Shown: piece by piece, positions 11,057 through 22,767 of the stretch
Numbering within the stretch: the stretch's first letter is position 1
Layout: every line of letters begins with the position of its first letter
From: Octopus bimaculoides
Taxonomy: Eukaryota
Direction: 5' to 3'
Length of the DNA stretch: 42,734 nt
Assembly: GCF_001194135.2 (NCBI RefSeq)
Contig: NC_068996.1
Span: 17,079,986-17,122,719, forward strand
Notes under the pieces: generated by a model
Database searches by the model: none
The model's input: only the letters and a program-made list of their open reading frames with translations
What the model was told of the DNA's origin: nothing
Translations under genes and position numbers: made by a program

Positions 11057-11744
11057 CCATAGCCGAAAAGGGGGAGGGGTGTTGAAAAAAGAAAAAAAAA
11101 AGAAATTTTGTAAAAAGGGTGGTTTTGGGGGAGGAGGGAAGTCTTGCCCAACCGGTAGTTGGGAGTGACGTTGCTTCTAAGTGGGATGAAGAGTGTGGGG
11201 GAACGTGCGTGCGTGTATGTATGCGCGCGCGCGTGTTGATAAAACATGCTCTCCGTTTTATACGTGTGTGTGTGTGTGGTAGGAAGTAAATTTCAATTAC
11301 TATCACTATAATAGTTTTCTTTTGTTAATAAAAACACGTTTCCAGTTTGCTTTCAGTTGTGTTTATCCACCAGTTATAAATATACGTGTGTGTGTGTATA
11401 TATATTATACATACATACGGGCTGAAAACACTGTAGCTAATATTTACAAACAGTACTATTTTGTAAACAATCTTAACGATAAACTAAATGACAAAAATAA
11501 CCTTGCTGAAACTAAATTATCGCTAATACTTTCTCAACGCATTCTTGATTAGCAGCGGCAGTTTGGCAAATAAACTGACTTAGTCTACCTGGTGTTGTGT
11601 GTATGTGTGTGTGTGTGTGTATGTACGCACACACACTCTTTTATATTTGTATATATATATGTTAAATTGGTAGAAGTTACAAACAGAGATTCGTGTATGG
11701 TGCTTTTCGAACGTGAAACTTTCAGCCATTGAATTACCTTGTAA

Positions 11745-11900
11745 GCTGCGTTAAGTTTGCTTCCCAACCACATGGTTCCTGGTTCAGTCCTACTGTGTGG
11801 CATCTTGGACAAGTAAGTGTCTTCTACTATGGCCTCAGGCCGTCCAAACACTTGTGAGTACGCTTGATAGATGGAAACTGAAAGAAGCCCTCGTACACAC
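11745..11900 (+). mobile_element. SINE family A, 5' half
   Basis: CAACCACATGGTTCCTGGTTCAGTCC...GGAAACTGAAAGAAGCCC. Confidence 0.8.
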
Positions 11901-12227
11901 ACACACACATTTATACACACACACGTATATGTGTACGAATATGTATATTCATGTCTGTATAAAAGTGAGTTGTTAGAGACGAATGGTCTTTGTTTAATCC
12001 TATACTAATTCTAGATGGTAATAACGTTATATTTACAAAACGGGCGACATTTCTATCGAGTCAGTTCGTTATAATTACTATCTTCATAATCATAAGCATC
12101 ATCGTTGTTATCATAGCAAGTATAATAATAATAACTAGCTGGACCCCTGAAAAATTCACAGAAAACATAAAAAATGTAAGCATCTGTAAACAGTGTACTG
12201 GTGCCATGAGAAATGTTTGTATATTAT

Positions 12228-12372
12228 GACCGTCTGTCTTCGTGCTCTGAGTTTAAATTCTGCCGAGGTCGACTTTACCTTTCGTCCTTTCGGGGTCGAT
12301 AAATTAAGTACCAGTTTGGTACTGGGGTAAATCTAATCAATTGACTCCCCTCCCCACAAAAATTTCAGGCTT
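12228..12372 (+). mobile_element. SINE family B, 5' truncated
   Basis: GCCGAGGTCGACTTTACCTTTCGTCCTTTCGGGGTCGATAAATTAAGTACCAG. Confidence 0.85.
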
Positions 12373-12551
12373 AGAAAAGTATATTGTGACAGTTACAGAA
12401 TATAGAAAGTAATGTAACACCAATGACTATATAATCCAACCAAAGTATCTCAGTTACACAAACGTAAACGGAATTACTATTTCACCTTAAAATACATCGG
12501 ACATATTCAAAGAACCTTCTTGGTTTAGTGGTATGGAATGTTCTTCTGGTA

Positions 12552-12758
12552 TTCTTTTATTCCTTTACTTGTTTCAGTCATTTGACGATGGCCATGCTGG
12601 AGCACCACCCTTTAGTCGAAGAAATTGACCCCCTGGACTCATTCCCTGTAAGCCTGGTGCTTATTCTATCAGTCTCTTCTGCTGAACAGCTAAATTACAG
12701 GGATGCAAACGCACTAACATCGGTTGTCAAGCAATGATGGTGGTGGGACAAACACAAA
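12552..12758 (-). mobile_element. SINE family A, 3' half
   Basis: TTTACTTGTTTCAGTCATTTGAC..GCCATGCTGGAGCACC..CGGTTGTCAAGC. Confidence 0.85.
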
Positions 12759-12769
12759 CACACACACAT

Positions 12770-12988
12770 ATTTTTTTTTATTGCCCACAGAGGGCTAAAC
12801 AGGGGACAGACAAAGGGATTAAGTTGATTACATCGACCCAGTGCGTAACTGGTACTTATTTAATTGACCCTGAAAGGATGAAAGGCAAAGTTGACCTCAG
12901 CGGAATTTGAACTCAGAATGTAGTGGCAGACGAAATACCGCTAAGCATTTTGCCTAGCATGCTAACCTTTCAACTAGCTCGCTGCCAT
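12770..12988 (-). mobile_element. SINE family B, full length
   Basis: Reverse-complement match to 2311-2543. Confidence 0.9.
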
Positions 12989-13157
12989 TACATACATATA
13001 TATATATGACGGGCTTGGATGTAGTGGTGATGTTGGCTGATGCGATTTTGTGGTTTGCTGGTATGCCGAGAGAGGTCCAACGAGCCCCTAACTGGTTCCC
13101 CGATCTTAAAGGTGTAATGTGGATGTGTAATGATGGAGTGGCTGGTGTGGTGGTGAT

Positions 13158-13630
13158 ACTAGCTGGTGCGGTGGTCTTCCTTACAGTATTTTGTGTGTAT
13201 GTAGACAATATTTTGTGTGTATGTTACACCACGTTTTTGGCCTTCTTCCTTATCCCATTTGAGTGCCATAACTCTTACTTTGATATTGTTCATAGCTCGT
13301 GCTCTTGAAAATGCGACATATAATTGGCCATGAGAAAATACCGGTTGAGGCAAATGTATTCCAACTTTTTCAAATGTTTTCCCTTGAGCCTTATTAATTG
13401 TCATTGAATATGCAAGTTGAAGTGGAAACTGAAGTCTGTTTAGTGTGAACGGAATATTTGCATCACTTGAGCTAAGTTTAATTCTGGGAATTAGAACTGT
13501 ACGACCTCTTTTGGAGCCTGTTACCAATGATGCCTCTACACAATGTTCATGAAGTCTTTGCACTTTCATGTGAGTTCCATTACATAATTCTTGACTGATC
13601 AAAAGATTTCTTAGCATTACTATAGTGTGA
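13158..13630 (-). mobile_element. Helitron fragment encoding the PIF1-like helicase C-terminus
   Basis: ORF 13159-13635 carries MLRNL..LCNGT, IPRI, RLQFPLQLAYSMTINKAQGKT, VFSHGQLYVAFSR, TQNIVY; ends in CTAG followed by T on -, like a Helitron 3' end. Confidence 0.9.
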
Positions 13631-13699
13631 CACACACAACAGGTACGTGCAAAAACAAAAAGTTAGCATATTAATATTATTGATGATGATGATGATGAT

Positions 13700-13795
13700 A
13701 ATGGTTTCAGATTTTGTTACAAGGGCAGCAGTTTTAGAGGAAGGGGATGAGTCGATTACCTTGACCCCACTGTTTAACTGGTACTTATTTTATCA
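13700..13795 (-). mobile_element. SINE family B 3' remnant
   Basis: AGTCGATTACCTTGACCCCACTGTTTAACTGGTACTTATTTTAT. Confidence 0.6.
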
Positions 13796-14281
13796 ATAAT
13801 GATAAGAGTGGTGGTGCTGGTGCTGATGGTGGTAGTAGTAGTAGTAAATATATTCTGGAAATACATAAATTCCAGCTTCTGTCATATACATCATAAGACA
13901 ATTTCTGTTTATCTCACTGAATAATTTATTTCATGTTCTCACTTTTTCCAAAAACATGGAACTGAAGATTCACGTGTATAAAAACTTGGTGTCATTGTGT
14001 CCTCCTCCTTCTCCTCGTGTCTTACCACAAATCTCTAGGTTCCTGCTACTCAATATATAATCTCTGTGTATTTACCAACTACTTTTCAGCGTGTCCTTGA
14101 TGCATTTTATCACGGCATCAACACTAGAGAAGTGTCTTCTCTGTTGTTTCCATTTATTCAAGACAATACGACTGGATGTATGAACAGAAGAGAGAATTTC
14201 AGTATGATTTTGGGGTCAGTACAATACAAGCAAAAATATTGCCGGGAGGAAGTAATGAAAGAGCTATAGTGATATAAGCTA

Positions 14282-14500
14282 CATCATCATGATGATCATT
14301 ATCCTTTAACATCTATTGTCCATGCTGGCATGGGTTGGATGGTTTGACCAGAGCTGGAGAGCTGTACCAGACTCCAGTCTGATTTAGCATGATTTCTATG
14401 GCTGGATGCCCTTCCTAACACCAACCACTTTACAAAGTGTACAGGGTGCTTTTACATAGCACTGCAGGGGCACTTTTATGTGACACCAGTACTGGACTCT
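14282..14500 (-). mobile_element. RTE-LINE 3' tail
   Basis: CATGCTGGCATGGGTTGG...GCTGGATGCCCTTCCTAACACCAACCAC. Confidence 0.8.
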
Positions 14501-14544
14501 TGCAGGTCAATCCTCCCCCTCAAGAGGAACGGACTTAACACTTC

Positions 14545-14776
14545 TTATTTCTTTATTGCCCACAAGGGGCTACACACAGAGGGGACAAACAAGGACAGAC
14601 AAACGGATTAAGTCGATTATATTGACCCCAGTGTGTAACTGGTACTTATTTAATCGACCCCGAAAGGATGAAAGGCAAAGTCGACCTTGGTGGAATTTGA
14701 ACTCAGAACACAAAGACAGATGAAATACCGTTAAGCATTTTGCCCGGCGTGCTAACGTTTCTGCCAGCTCGCTGCC
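14545..14776 (-). mobile_element. SINE family B, full length with TSD
   Basis: Flanked by TTAACACTTC at 14535-14544 and 14777-14786. Confidence 0.93.
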
Positions 14777-14977
14777 TTAACACTTCCACTGTGGAGTGTG
14801 TGTTTTCTTGAGTACAGCAAGGCACCAGGTACCTCAGTTCTTTGTCATTTCACCTGAAAGGTTCAGTGTCCTGAGATCATTTTTCAGTACTTTGTGCATG
14901 TCAGGATTAATGGAAGTGGGAGCCAGTATTGAGTTTAGTCATCAATCCCAGTAAAGATAAATTTGAATGGAGATAAT

Positions 14978-15008
14978 GTGTGTGTGTGTGTGTATGTGTG
15001 TGTGTGTA

Positions 15009-15054
<46 letters not shown>

Positions 15055-15055
15055 G
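14978..15055. repeat. (TG)n(AG)n microsatellite
   Basis: Direct reading. Confidence 0.95.
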
Positions 15056-15704
15056 AGGTGATGGATTGCAGCAAAGATGAGAGAGTTGTGGGTATCAGTT
15101 TAAAGATGATATGAAGGAGAGAAAATGATGGTTAGTAGTTAAAAAGTTATTGACTATGGATAGTATACTTCCGATTACATCCCTCGTTGCACTGGTGGAA
15201 TGATAGAAGAGTGATAGAGTGATACAGGATAATGGAGAAGATTGTGCCGTCTCTTGTTACATATGTGGTGTGCTGCAGTAACTTGGAGAGAGTGTGCGCA
15301 ATAGATTAAGAGGTCAATAGATTAAGAGGTCAATAGATTGAAATGTAACAGAAATGTAGCATAATAAGCGGGAGATCTAAATGTAGACACATCACGTGTC
15401 ACAACCTGTATCATATATTTGAATGACTGTTTTATCATATTTGCACAAGTGCAGGTCTTCATTAAGACCATATGTCACAACTCATAGAGATTCTTTGTCA
15501 TCTACTTCCTGCATATTACATACAAATTAATAATATGGTACTACCATCTTTTTTATTTTCCTTTTTGTATATCTCTCTAAATCTGAATTACAGACTGTTA
15601 CTTTCTACAGAAGTTATGAATAAGAAATGAAAGCAAGCATCAGTTGATGCTTATAAAGATTAGTTGTTCCCATAACAATTTTGATAACAACCTGTCTGAA
15701 AATA

Positions 15705-16350
15705 CCCTTAGTTCTATGAATCAGTGTTCCTGTTTTAAAACTTCTTATTAATTTATGTTCCAAACCCTAGATAAATAGTGACAAAGTTATTTTACTTAAT
15801 TCTTCATTATTTTTAGAATTAATTGAAACAAAAGAAATGCATTTCAACAGAAATATGGTAACAAAAGGATTAATGTGATCTAAATCAAAGCTTACCATTA
15901 AGATTTCATGTTAGCTTATGTTCCAAACACTTGTCTAATAATGATAAAGTTATTTTACTAAATTCTTCATTGCGTGGCACCTTGAGCAAGTGTCTTCTGC
16001 TATAGCCTTGGGCCAACCAAAGCCTTGTGAGTGGATTTGGTAGACGGAAACTGAAAGAAGCCCGTCGTATATATGTATATATGTGTATGTGTGTGTCTGT
16101 GTTTGTCCCCCCACCATCGCTTGACAACCCATGCTGGTGTGTTTACGTCCCCGTAACTTAGCAGTTTGGCAAAAAGAGACCGATAGAATAAGTACTAGGC
16201 TTACAAAGAATAAGTCCTGGGGTCAATTTTCTCGACTAAAGGTGGTGCTCCAGCATGGCCACAGTCAAATGACTGAAAGAAGTAAAGAGTATATTAAAAA
16301 TTAATTGACACAATGACAGTGCATTTCAGCAGAAATATGGTAACAGAAAG
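15705..16350 (-). mobile_element. Two tandem copies of a piggyBac-like MITE family, the second interrupted by a SINE
   Basis: TTATGTTCCAAAC..AAAGTTATTTTAC..ATTCTTCATT recurs at 15752 and 15916, and GCATTTCA.CAGAAATATGGTAACA at about 15840 and 16321; related pieces on + at 19435-19500 and 20075-20145. Confidence 0.6.
15972..16290 (+). mobile_element. SINE family A, 5' truncated
   Basis: High similarity to 19600-19930. Confidence 0.9.
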
Positions 16351-16934
16351 TCTGTTGTAAAAACAATGCAAAGGCATTCATTTGTTACTTCGCTAAACGA
16401 GACTAGTGAAAGAAAATAAATAAATAAAAATAGCTTCCAAATTCTAATCTCTTAAAACTTCAATATAGTAGTTATGAACCCTGCTCCTCTCTTCTCTGCC
16501 CTCCCACCCACTAACATGCATGCCAAATATTTTAGATCTTTAGAATGTAGTGACCCATAAGTAAGATCTGTTGCACTTCAACCCAGTTTGAAAGTTGGTA
16601 ACAATTTTGAATGGTTGAATGTTGGTAGACATAGCGAAATTTATATAATTAGAAAATTGTGCTTATTTGAAGACCAGATGTTGGCCAGATATCTCAAATG
16701 ACAAGAATTTCTATATTTATACCAGCTTTTAGCTCAACTGATCTATACAGCTGCTTGAATATTGCTTTGGATAGATTTTAAAACATTTAGTTTATCAGTC
16801 TCAAGAATTTTTTCTAAATTCTTCAAATTCTTCAAATTCTATTTTTTAGCTTGATGGCATGATAGTGGTGGCAGCAGGCTTATCCTTGCACCTGTAATTT
16901 GGAATGTTGAAAACCAGTATGTGTGTGTGTGTGT

Positions 16935-17600
16935 ACTTTTATTCTTTTACTTGTTTTAGTCATTAGACTGTGGCCTTGCTGGAGCATCATCCTAAAGGAT
17001 TTTGTCAATCAAATCAATTGCAGTTCATGTTTTAATTCTGGTACTTATTTCATCAGTTTCTAACTGCTAAGTTGATGAATAGATAAACAAACCAACACTG
17101 GTTTATTTCCCAGTCTCAAGAGACAAACACATGCATACACATGCACTTACACACACATACCCACATACACACACACACATACCCACATACACACACACAC
17201 ATGGGTTTTCATACAGTTTCTTATTTTTTTATTGCCCACAAGGGGCTAAACATAGAGGGGACAAACAAAGGAATTTAGTCAATTACATTGACCCCAATGC
17301 ATAAGTGGTACTTAATTTATCGACCCCAAAAGGATGAAAGGCAAAGTCGACCTCGGCAGAATTTGAACTCAGAACGTAGCGGCAGACGAAATACTGCTAA
17401 GCATTTCACCCGGCATGCTAACGTTTCTGCCAGCTCACCGCCTTGTTTTCATACAGTTTCTACCTGCAAAATCCACTCACAGGGCCTCGGATTAGTTTAG
17501 AGCTTTTGTAAAAGACACTTGTTCAATGTCCCACACAGTGGTTTTACATCTTAAACCATGTGTTTGTGAAATAAACTTTTCTCCACATTGCTATGCCTGT
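16935..17600 (-). mobile_element. Old SINE family A copy split by a SINE-B insertion
   Basis: 3' part at 16935-17200 and 5' part at 17461-17600 rejoin across the TSD. Confidence 0.7.
17222..17444 (-). mobile_element. SINE family B with 17-bp TSD
   Basis: GTTTTCATACAGTTTCT at 17205-17221 and 17445-17461. Confidence 0.93.
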
Positions 17601-17654
17601 ATCTGTTTCTATATCTATTTGTTTGTCTTTAAATACACACACATATTCACACAC

Positions 17655-17985
17655 ATCTGGAAGAGGGAGAGCCAGGAAGACATGAGGATGAAGTATTGAA
17701 GGCTGACCTCAAGATGAAGGAGATGAGGAAGGACCAAGATATGTGGTGCCTTGCTGTACTCAAGAAGGCTCATCCACCACAGCAGAATTGTTACTGGTGT
17801 TGGTGTCACATAAAAAAAAAAACACTCAGTACACTCTGCAGAGTGGTTGGCATTAGGGAGGGTATCAAACCATAGAAACCATACCAGCACAGACAATGGA
17901 GACTTGGGCTGCACCCCGGCCTTACAAGCTCTGGTCAAACTGTCCAGCCCATACCAGCTAGGAAAATAGACATTAAATGATAGAG
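17655..17985 (+). mobile_element. RTE-LINE 3' end
   Basis: GGAAGAGGGAGAGCCAGGAAGACATG (GRGR.RKT motif), then GTACACTCTGCAGAGTGGTTGGCATTAGG 3'UTR and tail. Confidence 0.7.
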
Positions 17986-18329
17986 ATTTTCTCTGCTAAA
18001 GCAGGTGTTAGTGTTGTAAACACCACTAATTGTGCTGTATGAATCCCAGGACGTAACAAAAAATAAAATACTTTGAATTCACATATTAAATACAGATTTT
18101 ACTCTATGTTCTAAAATCAATAACATAATTTTACTCTTAGAAATTATATTAATTGGAAATAATTTCTATATTATTTGATATGTTTGATTGATTAACTAAT
18201 TTAACTGAGCTTAACAAGCAAAATATTTGTTACTTTAAAGTTTTTGTTAATAGATGCATAGTACATAGTCATGTGGTTTCATGATGTTTGTTTATGTTCC
18301 ACAAAATTAGTTTTCATAAAAAATATTTG

Positions 18330-18780
18330 GGTGCAAGTGAAATCGAGATCGTAATTGAACCAAATTCGATGACTGGCACCTAGGCCAGTGAAGCGCTAAC
18401 AGCACTGTCTGAGCATGATCATTGCCAGAGCAGCTGTCTGGCTTCCGTGCTAGTGGCCCATAAATAGCACCATTTGAGCGTGATCGTTACCAGCATCGCC
18501 TTACTGGCACTTGTGCTAGTGGCACTTTAGAAAATCATTCGAGCGTGGCAGTTGCCAGTGTCACTGGACTGGCCCTCGTAAAAGGCATGTAAAAGCACCC
18601 ACTACACTCTCGGAGTTGTTGGTGTTAGGAAGGGTATCCAGCTGTAGAAACTCTGCCAGATCAGATTGGAGCCTGGTGCAGCCATCCGGTTCACCAGTCC
18701 TCAGTCAAATCATCCAACCCATGCTAGCATGGAAAGCAGACGTTAAACGATGATGATGATGTTGATGATGATGATGATGA
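18330..18780 (+). mobile_element. RTE-LINE 3'UTR with internal ~65-bp subrepeats and (GAT)n tail
   Basis: Matches reverse complement of 23797-24200 and 2616-2909. Confidence 0.88.
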
Positions 18781-18789
18781 TAGACTAGC

Positions 18790-18926
18790 ATTAGCTATTT
18801 TTCACAAAGAAAGAGAAGTGAAATATAGACAAATAACAACTGGAGTGTATGTGTGTTTATAGGCTTTATTAATTGTGAGCCTTCGCAAATATAAACAATA
18901 TCAATTTCAACACACAGCTTCAATCT
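18790..18926. repeat. Copy 1 of a ~140-bp local direct duplication
   Basis: Near-identical to 20400-20536 (two substitutions seen); upstream block 18282-18331 also recurs at about 20309-20362. Confidence 0.92.
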
Positions 18927-18997
18927 AGTACAGAAGTTTGTTTGCATTTTCAATAACTTGTTAAGAGATTCCTTAAATGGGTGTCTGTGTTTACAAA

Positions 18998-19315
18998 GCT
19001 CACTTTGCAACCACATGGTTTCAGGTTCAGTCCCACTGTGCGGTGTCTTCTACTACAACCTCAGGCCCCTGTGAGTGAATTTGGTAGATGCAAACTGTGG
19101 AAGCCTGTCACATGTCTACATAAGTGTGTGTGCGTTTGTGTTTGGCCCTCCCAGCACATGACGACTGGTGTTGGTTTGTTTACATCCCATCACTTAGTGA
19201 TTTGGCCAAAAAGCCTAATAGAATAAGTACCAAGTTAGAAAAATAAAACAGTACTGAGAGCAATTCAGTGCTCCAGCAAGGCTGTGATTTCATGCCTGAA
19301 ACAAGTAAAGGACAG
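18998..19315 (+). mobile_element. Diverged SINE family A
   Basis: CAACCACATGGTTTCAGGTTCAGTCCCAC...GAAACAAGTAAAGG. Confidence 0.75.
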
Positions 19316-19538
19316 AAATCTATAGAGAATGAGTGTATATAGATGAGCTAGTGTGTGTATAGATGAACTAGCATGGAGAAATAGCAGTAATCAAAATGAA
19401 TATTAGGGTTCTGCCATTTATTGTTACTGATTCTTTTATAACCATGTTTCTGTTGAAAAGCACTGCCTTTGTTTTATTTTGAAAATAATGAAGAATTTAA
19501 CCAGCAAGTTAAACAAATGATCGGTTAGTTAGTTGGAT

Positions 19539-19945
19539 GGCTGTGTGGTAAGTAGCTTGCTTACCAACCACATGGTTCCGGGTTCAGTCCCACTATGTGG
19601 CACCTTGGGCAAGTGTTTTCTACTATAGCCTCGGGCCAACCAAAGCCTTGTGAGTGGATTTGGTAGACGGAAACTGAAAGAAGCTCGTCGTATATATGTA
19701 TATATATGTATGTGCGTGTGTGTGTGTGTGTTTGTGTGTTTGTGTTTGTCCCCCCATCATCGCTTGACAACCGATGCTGGTGTGTTTACGTCCCCCATAA
19801 CTTAGTGGTTCGGCAAAAAGAGACCGATAGAATAAATACTAGGCTTCCAAAGAATAAGTCCTGGGATTGATTTTCTTGACTAAAAGGTGGTGCTCCAGCA
19901 TGGCCGCAGTCAAATGACTGAAACAAGTAAAAAGAGAAAAAAGAG
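19539..19945 (+). mobile_element. SINE family A, full length
   Basis: tRNA-like head GGCTGTGTGGTAAG..GGGTTCAGTCCCAC, internal (TA)/(TG) tract, tail GAAACAAGTAAAAAGAG. Confidence 0.92.
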
Positions 19946-20399
19946 AGAGAAAAAACTGACTAGTAATAAAAGAATAGTATTGAACCAATGTGTGTGCTAA
20001 TATTAGCAAAATGACTCTCCCTAAACACAACAAAATAAAATAACTTTTCTATTATGAAACTGAAGTTTGGAAAGTAAATTAGCGTGGAATGTTGATGGAA
20101 AGTTTTAATTTAGATCACTTTAAAACGAGAAGCTTGTATCAAAAAGCAGGGGCAGTCTCAGTCTTTGGCATCAAAAGTGCTAACATATCTGCAAATATGC
20201 TTGTGACATATAGAAATAGTGTTATATTTGGGACGGCCGCAACTGATAAAACCTGTAAACACATACACAGATTGTTTGTTGTCTTCTCTTTCTTTTTCCC
20301 TAAACTGTTGATGTTTGTTTATGTTCCACAAAATTAGTTTCCATAAAAAATATTTTTGGGGGACATATTTGTTACGTTAAAATTTTTGTTTATTCAGCC

Positions 20400-20536
20400 T
20401 TAGCTATTTTTCAAAAAGAAAGAGAAGTGAAATATAGACAAATAACAACTGGAGTGTATGTGTGTTTATAGGCTTTATTAATTGTGAGCCTTCGCAAATA
20501 TAAACCATATCAATTTCAACACACAGCTTCAATCTA
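20400..20536. repeat. Copy 2 of the local direct duplication
   Basis: See 18790-18926. Confidence 0.92.
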
Positions 20537-21552
20537 AATTCTTGCAAGCAAATCCAAAATCAAAAGACATATTTAGAAGGATTTCACTGAAAGTTAATAG
20601 CCAAGATGCAGTAAAATGTCAAATTTGAATGGATGCATCCTTCCTCTGTATATCCTGAATTCTCATTTTATATCAAACCTAACAAATGCCAAGCTAAAAT
20701 ACTTCAAAGTCACTAATACATATCTTTGTTATTTAAGCATCTAAGTTAAATATTCTCTTGTGTTTTATGGTGTAATATTGAAAATATAAATTTAAAACTT
20801 TTGATTTCGTTTTGAACGGAAATTATGGGTTGAAAACAATATTATTATATTTGGTAAGTCATAACTGATAAAGTCTATAATTATGATTTTTTTCCTAAAT
20901 ATAACAAAATTAAAAATTATTTGTACAATAGTTTTGCTTAACGATATAACATTAAAATTGAAATTATACACATTGACAAAAAGAAAGAAAAATTCTGATT
21001 TGTTTTAATGAGGATACTTAACATTATAGTGTCTGTAATGCATTAGTAATAACTTGATTCATTCAACCGATTTTATTTATGAGACAAAAGTAATGATTAA
21101 GGCCGATTATTACATGACAAATTTAATGCATTGAAATAGAGATATAGAATGGCAGGTCTATTAATTAGCATCTGACATATGGAACAAAAAAAAAAAAGTA
21201 AATCTATCTTTTTACTGTTGCTGTTTAATTTAATTTGCTTCATATAAAATATTTTGGGTCTCAGAGGTATTCCAGATATCAGATCAACCTTAAACATGCA
21301 GCCATTCTTAGTAGTTGAAAGCTGTGTATAGAATCATAGTAATAAAGTTTGTGTATACAAGAATAATTGTATCAGAAATAGTAATGAAACATGCAGAATT
21401 ACTTCAACAGAATTAATATCTTGTGGAATCAACATGATCTCTATATTGGATCCTTCAACTATTAAGAATGATTGTGTATTCAGTATTTCTTAATAGTTGA
21501 AGGATCTGAATAGTACTATAGTAACAGAGTATGTGTATAGTAGTGTTGTAAT

Positions 21553-21937
21553 GTTGTTGGCACTCCGTCGCTTACGACGTTGAGGATTCCAGTTGATTCG
21601 ATCAACGGAACAGCCTGCTCGTGAAATTAACGGGCACATGGCTGAGCACTCCACAGACACGTGTACCCTTAACGTAGTTCTCGGGGAGATTCAGCGTGAC
21701 ACAGTGTGACAAGGCTGACCCTTTGAATTACAAGTACAACAGAAACAGGAAGTAAGAGTGTGAGAAAGTTGTGGTGAAAGAGTATAGCAGGGTTCGCCAC
21801 CATCCCCTGCCGGAGCCTTGTGGAGCTTTTAGGTGTTTTCGCTCAATAAACACTTACAACGCTCGGTCTGGGAATCGAAACCGCGATCCTATGACCGCGA
21901 GTTCGCTGCCCTAACTACTGGGCCATTGTGCCTCCAC
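21553..21937 (-). mobile_element. tRNA-derived SINE family D, full length with TSD
   Basis: Head GTGGAGGCACAATGGCCCAGTAG..GTTTCGATTCC (A/B boxes); TSD TAGTGTTGTAAT at 21541-21552 and 21938-21949; sister copy at 31919. Confidence 0.95.
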
Positions 21938-22028
21938 TAGTGTTGTAATAGAGCAAGTGTAAAGTACCTTAGTAATAGAGTATGTCTAGAATCACTGAAT
22001 TGGAATTGCTAGCTTGTAAGCATTTAAC

Positions 22029-22340
22029 TTAATCCCAATGTTCCTGGGAGGGTTGTGGGGAGAGAGTCCTCAAGTACCTCCTCCATAGGGTTCCATCAGA
22101 AGCAATGATCATTAAACTTTCCAACTGGATTCCCAAGTGTGACCAACTGTGACTATGGATATTATCCAACCACATCATTCTCGGTCCATTCCTCAGTCCC
22201 CTGCCTGTTGACTCAGCTTGAAGAACTTGTTTTATGATCCTTTTCTGCAACATTCTGTTAGCTATCAATGCAGAGAAGAAGTAGTCCAATCTGGAAAGAC
22301 TCCTCGATCTTCAAGCTTGTACCCTGTCAAATAGCATTAC
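22029..22340 (-). mobile_element. RTE-clade LINE ORF C-terminal relic, second family
   Basis: RM.Q.RIIKQVLQAESTGRGLRNGPRMMWLDNI matches the RTE 'RM..R..K.....G.R.RGRPR..W.D.I' motif. Confidence 0.7.
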
Positions 22341-22447
22341 TCCAAAAGATCCTTTTGAAGGAATCCCATTTTGGCAGAAATATTTCATAAGAAATATTGT
22401 AACTAAAGAATTAAAGTTTACTGGTTCTTAGGGTATTCCATATACTA

Positions 22448-22767
22448 TAAAAAAAGACCCCCTTCAGTCATGAATGACCATGGGAATGCATCTAGAAAGT
22501 TACCCTCCAAGGCACAAGTCCAGGCAAGGTTGTTTATGGAAGACCAGCAGTCACCCATGCATACCAGCCTCCTCTCTCCACACCACTGATGTTATCCAAG
22601 AGAAAGACAAAAGCTGATACAGCTCATTTCTACAGCTGAGTGAATTAGAGCAACATGAAATAAAGTGTCTTGCTCAAAAACACAACACACAACCTGATCC
22701 AGGAATCGAACTCACTACCTCATGATTGTGAGCCTGATGCTCTAACCACTGAGCCACATGTCTTCAC
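22448..22767 (-). mobile_element. tRNA-derived SINE family E
   Basis: Minus head GTGGCTCAGTGGTTAGAGC..GAGTTCGATTCC (A/B boxes), then GAGCAAGACACTTTA..CACTCAGCTG core. Confidence 0.8.

Noticed and set aside
14163-14214. Alternative exon QYDWMYEQKREFQYDFG
   Set aside because: It overlaps the 14039-14177 candidate in another frame and has no phase partner; it cannot be resolved without RNA data.
20089-20337. 82-aa ORF as an exon
   Set aside because: Its start and putative acceptor lie in a MITE end, and no motif is recognisable.
21850-21937. tRNA genes at SINE heads (also 19539, 22700, 32230)
   Set aside because: They have A/B boxes but run into SINE bodies with tails and TSDs, and lack a complete acceptor stem.
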